Part shown: in pieces, positions 9,444 to 20,180 of the stretch
Layout: every line of letters begins with the position of its first letter
Numbering within the stretch: the first letter of the stretch is position 1
Origin: Vulcanimicrobiales bacterium
Lineage (GTDB): Bacteria; Vulcanimicrobiota; Vulcanimicrobiia; Vulcanimicrobiales; Vulcanimicrobiaceae
Direction of reading: 5' to 3'
Assembly (NCBI GenBank): GCA_038215615.1
Contig: JBBQQR010000002.1
Coordinates: forward strand, 81,743-145,742
DNA length: 64,000 bases
Made by a program: the position numbers and the translations under genes
The notes under the pieces: generated by a model
Told to the model about the DNA's origin: nothing
Seen by the model: only the letters and a program-made list of their open reading frames with translations
The model's database searches: none

Positions 9444-10850
9444 TTAGACGGCCTTAACCGCCGAGACGAGTGAGTCGACGCTGGCTTTGGCGTCGCCGAA
9501 GAGCATCGCCGTCTTTGGATCCTCGTAGAGCGGGTTCTCAATGCCGGCGAATCCCGAGCGCATCGAACGCTTGAGCACGACGACGTTCGCGGCTTTGTCC
9601 ACGTCGAGAATCGGCATGCCGTAAATCGGCGATGACGCCACGCTGCGCGCGGCGGGGTTGGTGACGTCGTTCGCGCCGATGACGAGTGCGACGTCGGTGC
9701 GCGCGAATTCGGGATTGACGTCGTCCATGTCGTAAAGCTGATTGTAAGGAACGTTAGCTTCGGCGAGCAGCACGTTCATGTGTCCCGGCATGCGGCCCGC
9801 GACCGGATGGATCGCATATTTTACGGTGACGCCACGCTTCTCGAGCTGGTCGGCGAGTTCGCGCACGCTGTGCTGCGCTTGCGCGACGGCCATGCCATAT
9901 CCGGGTACCACGATCACTTGATGTGCGAAGGCGAGCATGACGGCGACGTCGTCAACCGTGACGCTGCGAATACTCTGCTGTCCGCCCTTGGCGGCGGCGA
10001 CGTCCATTCCGCCGCTTGCGCCGAACGCGCCGAAGAGCACGTTGCGCAGCGGCCGGTTCATGGCTTTGCCCATCAGGATCGTGAGCATCGTGCCGCTCGC
10101 CCCGACCAGCGTACCCGCAATGATCAATAGGTTGTAGCGTAGCTCGAATCCGGTGATGGCGACTGCCAGCCCCGTGAATGAGTTAAGCAGCGAAATAACG
10201 ACCGGCATATCTGCTCCGCCGATCGGCAGCACGAACATGACGCCGAGCACTAGCGCAAGCGCGACCATCACGCCGTACGCCCACGCCGGCTGGACGCCCA
10301 GGGAGATCATGATCCACGCGGCCAGCCCTGCAATGGCCAGTGCCACGATTCCGTTGACGAATTGTTGTCCGCGGTACGTGACCGGACGGCCCGTCATCAG
10401 CTCTTGCAGCTTAAGGAAAGCAACGACCGAGCCGGCCGCGCTAACGGCGCCGATGATCGTGCTGATCACCAACGACACGTCGGTAAGAACGTCCAGCGGA
10501 GCGGCGTAGTGCGCGCGTTCGAACAGAAGATATTGCACGGTCGAAACGGCCGCGGCCGCGCCACCGCCCGCGCCGTTGAAGAGCGCGACCATCTGCGGCA
10601 TCGCCGTCATCTTGACTTTGAGCGCCGAATAGAGCCCGACCGCCGTGCCGACGACGACGCCCACGAGTATCGCCCACCAGCCGTAGCCATGCGACGGCGC
10701 GAGCGCGGCGATAATTGCAATCAGCATGCCGGCCCCCGCGAGCCGGTTTCCAAAGCGCGCCGTTGCGGGCGAGCTCAAGAAATGCAAACCGAGAATGAAG
10801 AGCGCGATTGCGGCGATCTCGGCAAGCCGGAGCAGAACGAAAGCGGTCAC
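9444..10850 (-). CDS. pntB: NAD(P) transhydrogenase beta subunit
   Basis: MTAMPQMVALFN, IGGADMPVVISLLNS, PGYGMAVAQAQH and HPVAGRMPGHMNVLLAEA. Confidence 0.97.
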   Translation of the reverse strand: MTAFVLLRLAEIAAIALFILGLHFLSSPATARFGNRLAGAGMLIAIIAALAPSHGYGWWAILVGVVVGTAVGLYSALKVKMTAMPQMVALFNGAGGGAAAAVSTVQYLLFERAHYAAPLDVLTDVSLVISTIIGAVSAAGSVVAFLKLQELMTGRPVTYRGQQFVNGIVALAIAGLAAWIMISLGVQPAWAYGVMVALALVLGVMFVLPIGGADMPVVISLLNSFTGLAVAITGFELRYNLLIIAGTLVGASGTMLTILMGKAMNRPLRNVLFGAFGASGGMDVAAAKGGQQSIRSVTVDDVAVMLAFAHQVIVVPGYGMAVAQAQHSVRELADQLEKRGVTVKYAIHPVAGRMPGHMNVLLAEANVPYNQLYDMDDVNPEFARTDVALVIGANDVTNPAARSVASSPIYGMPILDVDKAANVVVLKRSMRSGFAGIENPLYEDPKTAMLFGDAKASVDSLVSAVKAV

Positions 10851-11170
10851 TTCTTCGCGGGCTCGCGTTTCTTGAACATCTGCAGCATCCGTTCGGTCAC
10901 GGCGAAGCCGCCGACGACGTTGATCGTTCCAAGCGTGACCGCTACGATCGTGATGGCGGTCAGCAGCGGCGTCGCGAGCGCGTGTCCGGGGTCCAACAGT
11001 TTTACCGTAACGATGATCGCACCGACCAGCACGATTCCGTGAATGGCGTTGGTTGCCGACATGAGCGGCGTATGCAACGTCGTCGGCACTTTAGAGATGA
11101 CTTCGAAGCCGACGAAAATCGCGAGGACGAACACGGTCAACAATGCGAAAAATATAGAAAGTTCGCTCAC
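10847..11170 (-). CDS. pntAB: NAD(P) transhydrogenase alpha subunit, membrane part
   Basis: LHTPLMSATNAIHG and INVVGGFAVTERML. GTG 11170 overlaps the upstream stop. Confidence 0.93.
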   Translation of the reverse strand: MSELSIFFALLTVFVLAIFVGFEVISKVPTTLHTPLMSATNAIHGIVLVGAIIVTVKLLDPGHALATPLLTAITIVAVTLGTINVVGGFAVTERMLQMFKKREPAKK

Positions 11171-12309
11171 GTTGCAACTCCTGCGCCGAGCGCATCGATC
11201 GTCGGCTGATGCACGATTTCTCCGGCGCGCACGATCGTCGTGCCGCGCGCGATTTCGTCGGCCGGGTCGAGGTTCAGGGCGCCGTCTTTGATTAACGCGT
11301 CCAGCAAAGCTTGAACGTTGCGCGAATAGAGCTGCGAGGCGTGATACGGCATCGTTCCGGCTAGATTGGTTTGACCGATCACGTGCACGCCGTTCGGAGT
11401 GACGATCGTTTTGCCGGGAACGGTCAGCGCGCAATTGCCGCCGGCTTCGGCCGCAAGGTCGACGATGACCGAACCGGGACCCATCGCCGCGACGGCTTCC
11501 TGCGTGATAAGCAGCGGTGCGCGGCGTCCGGGAACCAGCGCGGTCGTGATCACGACGTCGGACGCACCGATGTGATCGACCATGAACTGGCGCTGCTTTT
11601 GAATTTGCTCGGGCGTCAGCTCTTTGGCGTAACCGCCGGCGCCTTCCGCGTCGGCGCCGAGATCGAATTCCAGAAATGTCGCGCCTAAGCTCTGCACTTG
11701 CTCTTTCACGACTGCGCGAGTGTCGTACGCGCTGACGACCGCTCCCAGCCGGCGCGCCGTCGCGATCGCTTGCAGCCCGGCGACGCCCGCGCCGAGGATC
11801 AAAACTTTTGCGGGCCGGATCGTTCCGGCGGCCGTTGTCAGCATCGGAAAAAACTTCGGGAGTTCGGATGCGGCAAGCAGCACGGCTTTATAGCCTGCGA
11901 TGTTACTCTGCGAACTGAGCGCGTCCATGGCTTGCGCGCGCGTGATGCGCGGAATCGCGTCCATGGAGAGTGCCGTTATGCCCGCGCTTGCCAAGCGCCG
12001 AACGTAACCGGCATCGCCGAGCGGCGCGAGCAGACCCAGCAGCGCAGCCTTCTTGGGCATAGCGGTTAGCACGGCATCGTCGGGCCGGCTGACGCCCAGC
12101 GCGAGATCGGCGCCGTCCAAAATTTGCGCGCGCTCGGCAACGGTCGCTCCGGCCTTGGTATAGAGGTCGTCGGGGAAGGCGGCGCGCTCGCCGGCGCCGT
12201 GTTCGACGTGCACGGCCATGCCATTCTTCACGAGCTTTGCGACGGTTTCGGGCACCAGCGCAACGCGAGTTTCGTTGGGCGCGGATTCTCGCAGCACGGC
12301 GATCTTCAT
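11167..12309 (-). CDS. pntAA: NAD(P) transhydrogenase alpha subunit, NAD(H)-binding part
   Basis: ETRVALVP, PRITRAQAMDALSSQ and GAGVAGLQAIATARRLGA. Confidence 0.95.
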   Translation of the reverse strand: MKIAVLRESAPNETRVALVPETVAKLVKNGMAVHVEHGAGERAAFPDDLYTKAGATVAERAQILDGADLALGVSRPDDAVLTAMPKKAALLGLLAPLGDAGYVRRLASAGITALSMDAIPRITRAQAMDALSSQSNIAGYKAVLLAASELPKFFPMLTTAAGTIRPAKVLILGAGVAGLQAIATARRLGAVVSAYDTRAVVKEQVQSLGATFLEFDLGADAEGAGGYAKELTPEQIQKQRQFMVDHIGASDVVITTALVPGRRAPLLITQEAVAAMGPGSVIVDLAAEAGGNCALTVPGKTIVTPNGVHVIGQTNLAGTMPYHASQLYSRNVQALLDALIKDGALNLDPADEIARGTTIVRAGEIVHQPTIDALGAGVAT

Positions 12310-12350
12310 CGGGCCGTCCGTTTCCATCCCGGGGAGCACAAACCTTCGCT

Positions 12351-13193
12351 TTAGATGATGCGAATACGGTTGCGCAAGACGCCGATCTTTTCGATCTCGA
12401 CTTCGACGTCGTCGCCGTCGCGGAGAAACTCCGGGGGGTTGCGCGCGAAGCCGACGCCCTCGGGCGTGCCGGTTGCAATCACGTCGCCGGGCTCGAGCGT
12501 CATGCCCTTGCTGAGCGACGCAATGAGTACCGGCAGCGAAAAAATCATGTTGGCCGTTGTGCTGCGCTGTTTCTCCGCGCCGTTGACGCGCAGCCCAATC
12601 GCGAGATCCTGGGTGTTTCCGAGTTCATCCGGCGACACGATCCACGGTCCCATGGGCGCAGCCGAGTCTAAACTCTTCCCCTTAAACCATTGTACGTGCG
12701 CGCGCTGGAGGTCGCGCGCGGTAAGATCGTTGAAGCACGTGTATCCAAAAACGGCATCGAGGGCTTCGGCTTCGCTGACATCTTTCACGCGCGATCCGAT
12801 GATGACGGCGAGCTCTGCTTCCCAATCGTACTCGCTCGAAATTTTCGATGAAAATTCGAGCGTTTCTCCGGGCGAAGCGATCGCGGTCGGAGCTTTGGTG
12901 AAGAACGTCGGGACGTCCGGCAGATTCAGCTCTCGGCCGCTCTGCTGCGCGACTTCCAGCGCGTGATCTAAATAATTCCGGCCGACGCAAAAAATGTTCT
13001 TGTTCGGACGAACCGGCGCGGCGAGCGCTACACTCGATAGCAGGTAAAACTCTCGAAGCCTCATGTGCTCGCGCGCATCCAGCGGCAGCGCGATATACTC
13101 GAGCAGCGTGCTGCAGGCGATCGCGCCCACCCTGTCGCCGTCAAGGTACCCTGGACGAAGACGCCCTTCGTGCTCGAACGTTACGTACCGCAC
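12351..13193 (-). CDS. Fumarylacetoacetate hydrolase-family protein
   Basis: CVGRNYLDH, DWEAELAVIIG, NDLTARDLQ, GKSLD and GDVIATGTPEGVG. Confidence 0.93.
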   Translation of the reverse strand: MRYVTFEHEGRLRPGYLDGDRVGAIACSTLLEYIALPLDAREHMRLREFYLLSSVALAAPVRPNKNIFCVGRNYLDHALEVAQQSGRELNLPDVPTFFTKAPTAIASPGETLEFSSKISSEYDWEAELAVIIGSRVKDVSEAEALDAVFGYTCFNDLTARDLQRAHVQWFKGKSLDSAAPMGPWIVSPDELGNTQDLAIGLRVNGAEKQRSTTANMIFSLPVLIASLSKGMTLEPGDVIATGTPEGVGFARNPPEFLRDGDDVEVEIEKIGVLRNRIRII

Positions 13194-13200
13194 CTACAGT

Positions 13201-13758
13201 TTACGGATGGGGTGAGGGCGTAGGCTTGGCCCGCGACTTTTTGAGAGCTGCGTTGATGTCGGGAAGATTTGGATTTTCCGCGTTTTTCTTCTGCTGATCG
13301 GCCTTCAGCTTCGCGAGCGCAGCGGCCGCGGCTTGCGCTTCTTTCTTCGCGTCCGAAACGATCTTGGTGGCCGCGCCGGGTTCGTCGGCCCAACCGCCGC
13401 CGCGTTTGAACAGCGTGAATGTCCTTCTTACTTTTTGAGTCTTGGGGTCGTAATTGTAATTCACTTTATACAGTCCCACGACGGCCGTAATCGTGTTTCC
13501 GCGCTGCTCGCGAATCCACATCTGCAGCGCGTTGCCCATCGCCATCGTGTCGAAAGCCTGATCGCCCGAGAGCGTTCCGTGCAAGACGCGGACGACTTGA
13601 CCGAGCCTGTTCACCTCGACCTGTAACTGCGCTGACAGCGGCTTGGATGGCAGCTTCGGCGACGGCAAAGGGGCCGGCGTCGACCCGGCAGCTGCCGCTA
13701 AGGGGAAAGCCAAGAGAGCGGCTGCGAGCGCAGCCACGCAATACAGTTTGGAAAGCAT
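13201..13758 (-). CDS. Exported hypothetical protein with TonB C-terminal-like segment
   Basis: Signal peptide from ATG 13758 (alternative start 13842), Pro-rich linker, then VEVNRLGQVVRV...SGDQAFD. Confidence 0.55.
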   Translation of the reverse strand: MLSKLYCVAALAAALLAFPLAAAAGSTPAPLPSPKLPSKPLSAQLQVEVNRLGQVVRVLHGTLSGDQAFDTMAMGNALQMWIREQRGNTITAVVGLYKVNYNYDPKTQKVRRTFTLFKRGGGWADEPGAATKIVSDAKKEAQAAAAALAKLKADQQKKNAENPNLPDINAALKKSRAKPTPSPHP

Positions 13759-13895
13759 CGAACGTTCTTCGCCGCCCGAGCGCAGGCGCCTCATGCCGCC
13801 ACCGTCGAAAGCCGAGCGCTCATGTCTGGTTGTCTCTTCCATGCCGGTTCTAACGTACCGGCCGCTTTCGTCGTTCCATACACCGGCCTTCCTTA

Positions 13896-16500
<2,605 letters not shown>

Positions 16501-16508
<8 letters not shown>

Positions 16509-16947
16509 AGCATTGGCGCTAACGGTCGCGCTCGCCCAAAGCTCGCCGCAGCCCGTCCCGACGCCGCAGAACCTACGCGTGATCTCGCTGCGGGCTCCGG
16601 CCGCGCCGCTCCGCGTACAAGTCGCCGCAACCGAGCCGCAGCGCGAACGCGGACTGATGGGAGTGCGCAAGCTCGCGCCGCATACGGGAATGCTTTTCGT
16701 CTTCGACTCCGATGCGCCGATCGAATTCTGGATGAAAGACACGTTGATTCCGCTGGACATGGTCTTCATCGGCCGTAACGGCACCGTGCGAAGCGTCTTT
16801 GCAAACGTCCCAATCGTTTCGACCGATACTCCCGACTATCGCATTCCGCGCCGCGACGGGGTGGCAAAATACGTTTTGGAACTGCCTGCCGGCGAAGCGG
16901 CACGCGACGGTTTGACCGGCGGCGTCTCCATTCCGCATCTCCCTTAA
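16501..16947 (+). CDS. DUF192-family exported protein
   Basis: RERGLMG, GMLFVF, FWMKDTLIPLDMVFI and YVLELPAG. Confidence 0.9.
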
Positions 16948-17760
16948 ATGCCCGAGCTCCCTGAAGTCGAGACGATTGCGCGCGGCCTGGCCGGCGCCAT
17001 CGTTGGAAAGACGATCCAACGGGCAACGGTCGCGCTTGCGAAAATGGCGGTTGCGCCGGCGCGCGTGAATTTCAAGCGGGCGGTTCGCGGCGAGCGGATC
17101 GTCTCGGTCGGCCGTCGCGGAAAATATGCCGTCATCACGCTGAGCTCCGGACGGTGTCTAATCGTGAGCTTAAGAATGACCGGGCGCCTCGTCGCACTGG
17201 GGCGCGGCCAAGCGAAGGTCCCTTACGAGCACGTTTCGGTGCACTTTACCGACGGAACCCGGCTAGCGTTTGCCGACGCCAGGCAATTCGGGCGCATGCG
17301 CTTGGTCGAGCGCGGCGAGCTGTGGGACGCCGGGCTCGGCGTCGAGCCTTTGTCGGGGGACTTTACTCCTGAGCGCTTTATCGGTATGCTTTCGGGGCGG
17401 ACAACGCCTATCAAGGCGTTGTTGCTGGATCAGCGGCGTATCGCAGGGGTGGGAAACATCTATGCTTGCGAGGCGCTGTGGGGAGCCCGGATTCGTCCTG
17501 GCACTCCCGCGAAAGCGTTGACGAAACCGGCCATACGCCGGTTGCATGACGCCCTCGTCGAGGTTTTGCAGCGTTCGATCGCAATGCGCGGCACGAGCGT
17601 CGACGATTACGTCGATGCGCACGGCCTGCAAGGCGGCTTTCAAAACGCGCTTTCGGTATACGGCCGGGCCGGTTCCGGATGCGAACGTTGCGGCCGGGCG
17701 ATCGTGCGAACCGTATTGGCAGCGCGCGGCACGTGGTGGTGCCGCACCTGTCAACGATAA
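16948..17760 (+). CDS. mutM: Formamidopyrimidine-DNA glycosylase
   Basis: N-terminal PELPEVE, RRGKY, LLDQ..IAGVGNIYA and C-terminal zinc finger. Confidence 0.97.
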   Translation: MPELPEVETIARGLAGAIVGKTIQRATVALAKMAVAPARVNFKRAVRGERIVSVGRRGKYAVITLSSGRCLIVSLRMTGRLVALGRGQAKVPYEHVSVHFTDGTRLAFADARQFGRMRLVERGELWDAGLGVEPLSGDFTPERFIGMLSGRTTPIKALLLDQRRIAGVGNIYACEALWGARIRPGTPAKALTKPAIRRLHDALVEVLQRSIAMRGTSVDDYVDAHGLQGGFQNALSVYGRAGSGCERCGRAIVRTVLAARGTWWCRTCQR

Positions 17761-17792
17761 GGACAAATATATATAAAGGATGGACACTTAAA

Positions 17793-18968
17793 ATCTCTAC
17801 AACGCCAACCGCTCCCGTGCAAGAAGAGGAAGAAGATCAACTCGCACTCGAGCAGCAACTCTACGAAGACTCACTCAAGGTACTCGACGAAGGACAAGTC
17901 CTCAACGGACTGATTGTCGCCAAATACCAGGACGAATTGCTCGTCGACATCGGCGGAAAATCCGAAGGCACGCTGCCGTTTCGGGAACTCTCTTTAGCGA
18001 TAGAGCCCAAAGAATTAAAAGTCGGCGACACGCTGGAAGTCATGATCCACCGTATCGACGACAACGACGGTACGCTCTTTCTCTCCGAGCGGCGCGCGCG
18101 CGCCCTCAAAACGTGGGAGAAAGTCATTGCGGCCCACGAGCACGACGAAGTCATCGAAGCGACCGTTACGCAGGTTGTTAAAGGCGGCGTCCTGGTCGAT
18201 CTGGGCATGCGCGGATTCGTTCCCGCTTCGCAGATCAGGCGTCAGCCGATCGGCAACCTGGAAGAGCTCGTCGGAAAAAAGCTGCGGCTCAAAGTGATCG
18301 ATCTCGATCACAAACGTCACCGCGTCGTTCTGTCGCAGCGGTTGGTTCTGGAAGAAGAACTCAACGCCAAGAAACAGGAGTTGCTGGGAACGCTTGAGGT
18401 CGGACAGATTCGTGAAGGCGTTGTCGTGCGCTTGGCGGAGTTCGGCGCGTTCGTCGATCTCGGCGGCATCGACGGCTTGATTCACAACAGCGAGCTCTCG
18501 TACGCACGCATCAAACACCCGTCCGAAGTCGTCAAGATTGGCGATGTCGTGAACGTCGAGATCATGAAATTTGACCCCGATGCGAAGAAGGTCAGCTTGT
18601 CGCTCAAGCACGCGCTGCCCGACCCGTGGGACGAATACGCGAACAAACTCTACGAGACCAACAAATTGACGGCGCAGATCGTCAAGGTCACGCCCAATTA
18701 TCTGTTAGTTGAAATCGTGCCCGGCGTGCTCGCGATGGTTCCCAAAGGCGAATTCGACCCGGGCGCTCAGTTCAGTCCCGGACAAGAAGTCGAAGTGACG
18801 CTGCTGACGATCAATCATTCGACGCGCCGGATTACGGCGTCGATTCAGCACGTAGCCGACATTCCGCCCGAAGAGATCGAAAAGATCGAAGTTCCGGAAT
18901 TGCCGGAAACGCAAGCCGAAACTCCGGCGGAAATGCCTTCGGAGGACGAACCGTCCGAGTCGGCCTAA
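17793..18968 (+). CDS. rpsA: Ribosomal protein S1 (short, about 4 S1 domains); start uncertain (ATC 17793 or GTG 17817)
   Basis: VDIGGKSEG, RGFVPASQI and FGAFVDLGGIDGLIHNSELS S1 repeats. Confidence 0.85.
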   Translation: MSTTPTAPVQEEEEDQLALEQQLYEDSLKVLDEGQVLNGLIVAKYQDELLVDIGGKSEGTLPFRELSLAIEPKELKVGDTLEVMIHRIDDNDGTLFLSERRARALKTWEKVIAAHEHDEVIEATVTQVVKGGVLVDLGMRGFVPASQIRRQPIGNLEELVGKKLRLKVIDLDHKRHRVVLSQRLVLEEELNAKKQELLGTLEVGQIREGVVVRLAEFGAFVDLGGIDGLIHNSELSYARIKHPSEVVKIGDVVNVEIMKFDPDAKKVSLSLKHALPDPWDEYANKLYETNKLTAQIVKVTPNYLLVEIVPGVLAMVPKGEFDPGAQFSPGQEVEVTLLTINHSTRRITASIQHVADIPPEEIEKIEVPELPETQAETPAEMPSEDEPSESA

Positions 18969-19531
18969 CCGGCGGAATCGGATCCGGCAAGAGCGAGGTC
19001 GCGCGCTGCATGGAAGCATTCGGCGCGTACATCATCGATACGGACAAACTCGCGCGCGAAGCTGTGGCGCCGGGTAGCGACGCGTTGCGCGAGATCGCGC
19101 GCATGTGGCCTTCGGTCGTCCGCATGGGTGGTCTCAACCGTCCGGCGCTCGCCGAGATCATCTTTCACGATCCGGACGCGCGCGAGCGGCTCAATGCCGT
19201 CGTTCATCCGCATGTGCGCCGTTTAGCTGATGCTGCGCAAGCGTACGCTAAACCCGGACAGATTGTCGTGCAGGTCGTGCCGTTGCTGTTCGAGACCGGA
19301 TACGACGAGCGGTGCGATGCGTCGGTGGTCGTCATAGCGCCGGAAAAAGAACGCATCGCACGCATCGCCCGCCGCGACAAGTTAAGCGAAGATCAGATTC
19401 GCGCCCGGATGAAGTCGCAGATCGACCCGGAGGCCGCGCGCTCAAGAGCCACCTACGTCATCGAAAACGACGGAAATTTCGCGCAGCTCAAGGAGCGCAC
19501 GCGCGCCGTTTACGACGCACTTTCCTCCTAA
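18953..19531 (+). CDS. coaE: Dephospho-CoA kinase (apparent GTC start)
   Basis: In-frame RVGLTGGIGSGKS P-loop lies upstream of the first ATG (19010). Also DTDKLAR, VPLLFE and RMKSQ. SD GGAGGA sits 6 nt before GTC 18953. Confidence 0.92.
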   Translation, partial: VRVGLTGGIGSGKSEVARCMEAFGAYIIDTDKLAREAVAPGSDALREIARMWPSVVRMGGLNRPALAEIIFHDPDARERLNAVVHPHVRRLADAAQAYAKPGQIVVQVVPLLFETGYDERCDASVVVIAPEKERIARIARRDKLSEDQIRARMKSQIDPEAARSRATYVIENDGNFAQLKERTRAVYDALSS

Positions 19532-19559
19532 CGCCGCAACCTCAATCGACCCCATTTTC

Positions 19560-19584
19560 GTTTAACAAGCGGTCGAGTGGGTAT
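19560..19584 (+). promoter_or_regulatory. SigmaB/SigF-like stress promoter GTTTAA-N13-GGGTAT
   Basis: Matches the Bacillus sigmaB consensus and lies directly upstream of gsiB-like genes. Confidence 0.6.
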
Positions 19585-19627
19585 TTAACCCGACGATACA
19601 TTTCGCATCATTAAGGGGCGACACCAC

Positions 19628-19846
19628 ATGGCGATTCAAGACGAAATGCAGAACCCGGGCGGGGGAATGACTGTTCGTGAAGCAGGCAAGCGTGGCGGCG
19701 AACGCGTCAAGGCCAAGTACGGCACGGAGTTCTATGAGGCCATCGGGCGCAAAGGTGGCGAAGCCACCAAAGAAAAGTACGGGCCTTCGTTTTATGAGGT
19801 TATAGGCCAAAAAGGCGGCCAAAAGCTCAAGCGCAAGAGCTCCTAG
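19628..19846 (+). CDS. KGG-repeat general stress protein (GsiB/Em-like)
   Basis: MTVREAGKRGG plus repeated FYEAIGRKGG units. Confidence 0.9.
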   Translation: MAIQDEMQNPGGGMTVREAGKRGGERVKAKYGTEFYEAIGRKGGEATKEKYGPSFYEVIGQKGGQKLKRKSS

Positions 19847-19865
19847 CGGGCGTCCCCGGACACCC

Positions 19866-20177
19866 ATGGCAAAACCACGCAAAGCCGACGACAAGGCGCC
19901 GGGCGGCGAGATGTCCGTACGCGAGGCCGGAAAGAAGGGCGGGGACACCGTCCGCGACCGCTATGGTCCGGGTTTCTATGAAGCGATCGGACGCAAGGGC
20001 GGCCAAGCCACCCGCGAGCGTCACGGTGTCGAGTTCTACGAGTCCATCGGCCAAAAAGGCGGCCGCGTCGTCAAAGAAAAATACGGCGCCGACTTTTACG
20101 AAGAGATCGGCCACAAGGGCGGCCAAAAAGTTAAGCAGCTGATCGCTGAGGCGAAAAAGAAAAACGGCGGCCAGTAG
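19866..20177 (+). CDS. KGG-repeat general stress protein, tandem paralog
   Basis: MSVREAGKKGG plus three FYExIGxKGG repeats. Confidence 0.9.
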   Translation: MAKPRKADDKAPGGEMSVREAGKKGGDTVRDRYGPGFYEAIGRKGGQATRERHGVEFYESIGQKGGRVVKEKYGADFYEEIGHKGGQKVKQLIAEAKKKNGGQ

Positions 20178-20180
20178 GGT

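Noticed and set aside
13759..13895. Possible riboswitch between the TonB-like gene and polA
   Set aside because: Only short GC-rich complementarities. I could not match any riboswitch consensus.
19660..20130. Regularly spaced nucleotide repeats as a CRISPR-like array
   Set aside because: They are degenerate in-frame coding repeats of the KGG motif, with no unique spacers and no cas genes.
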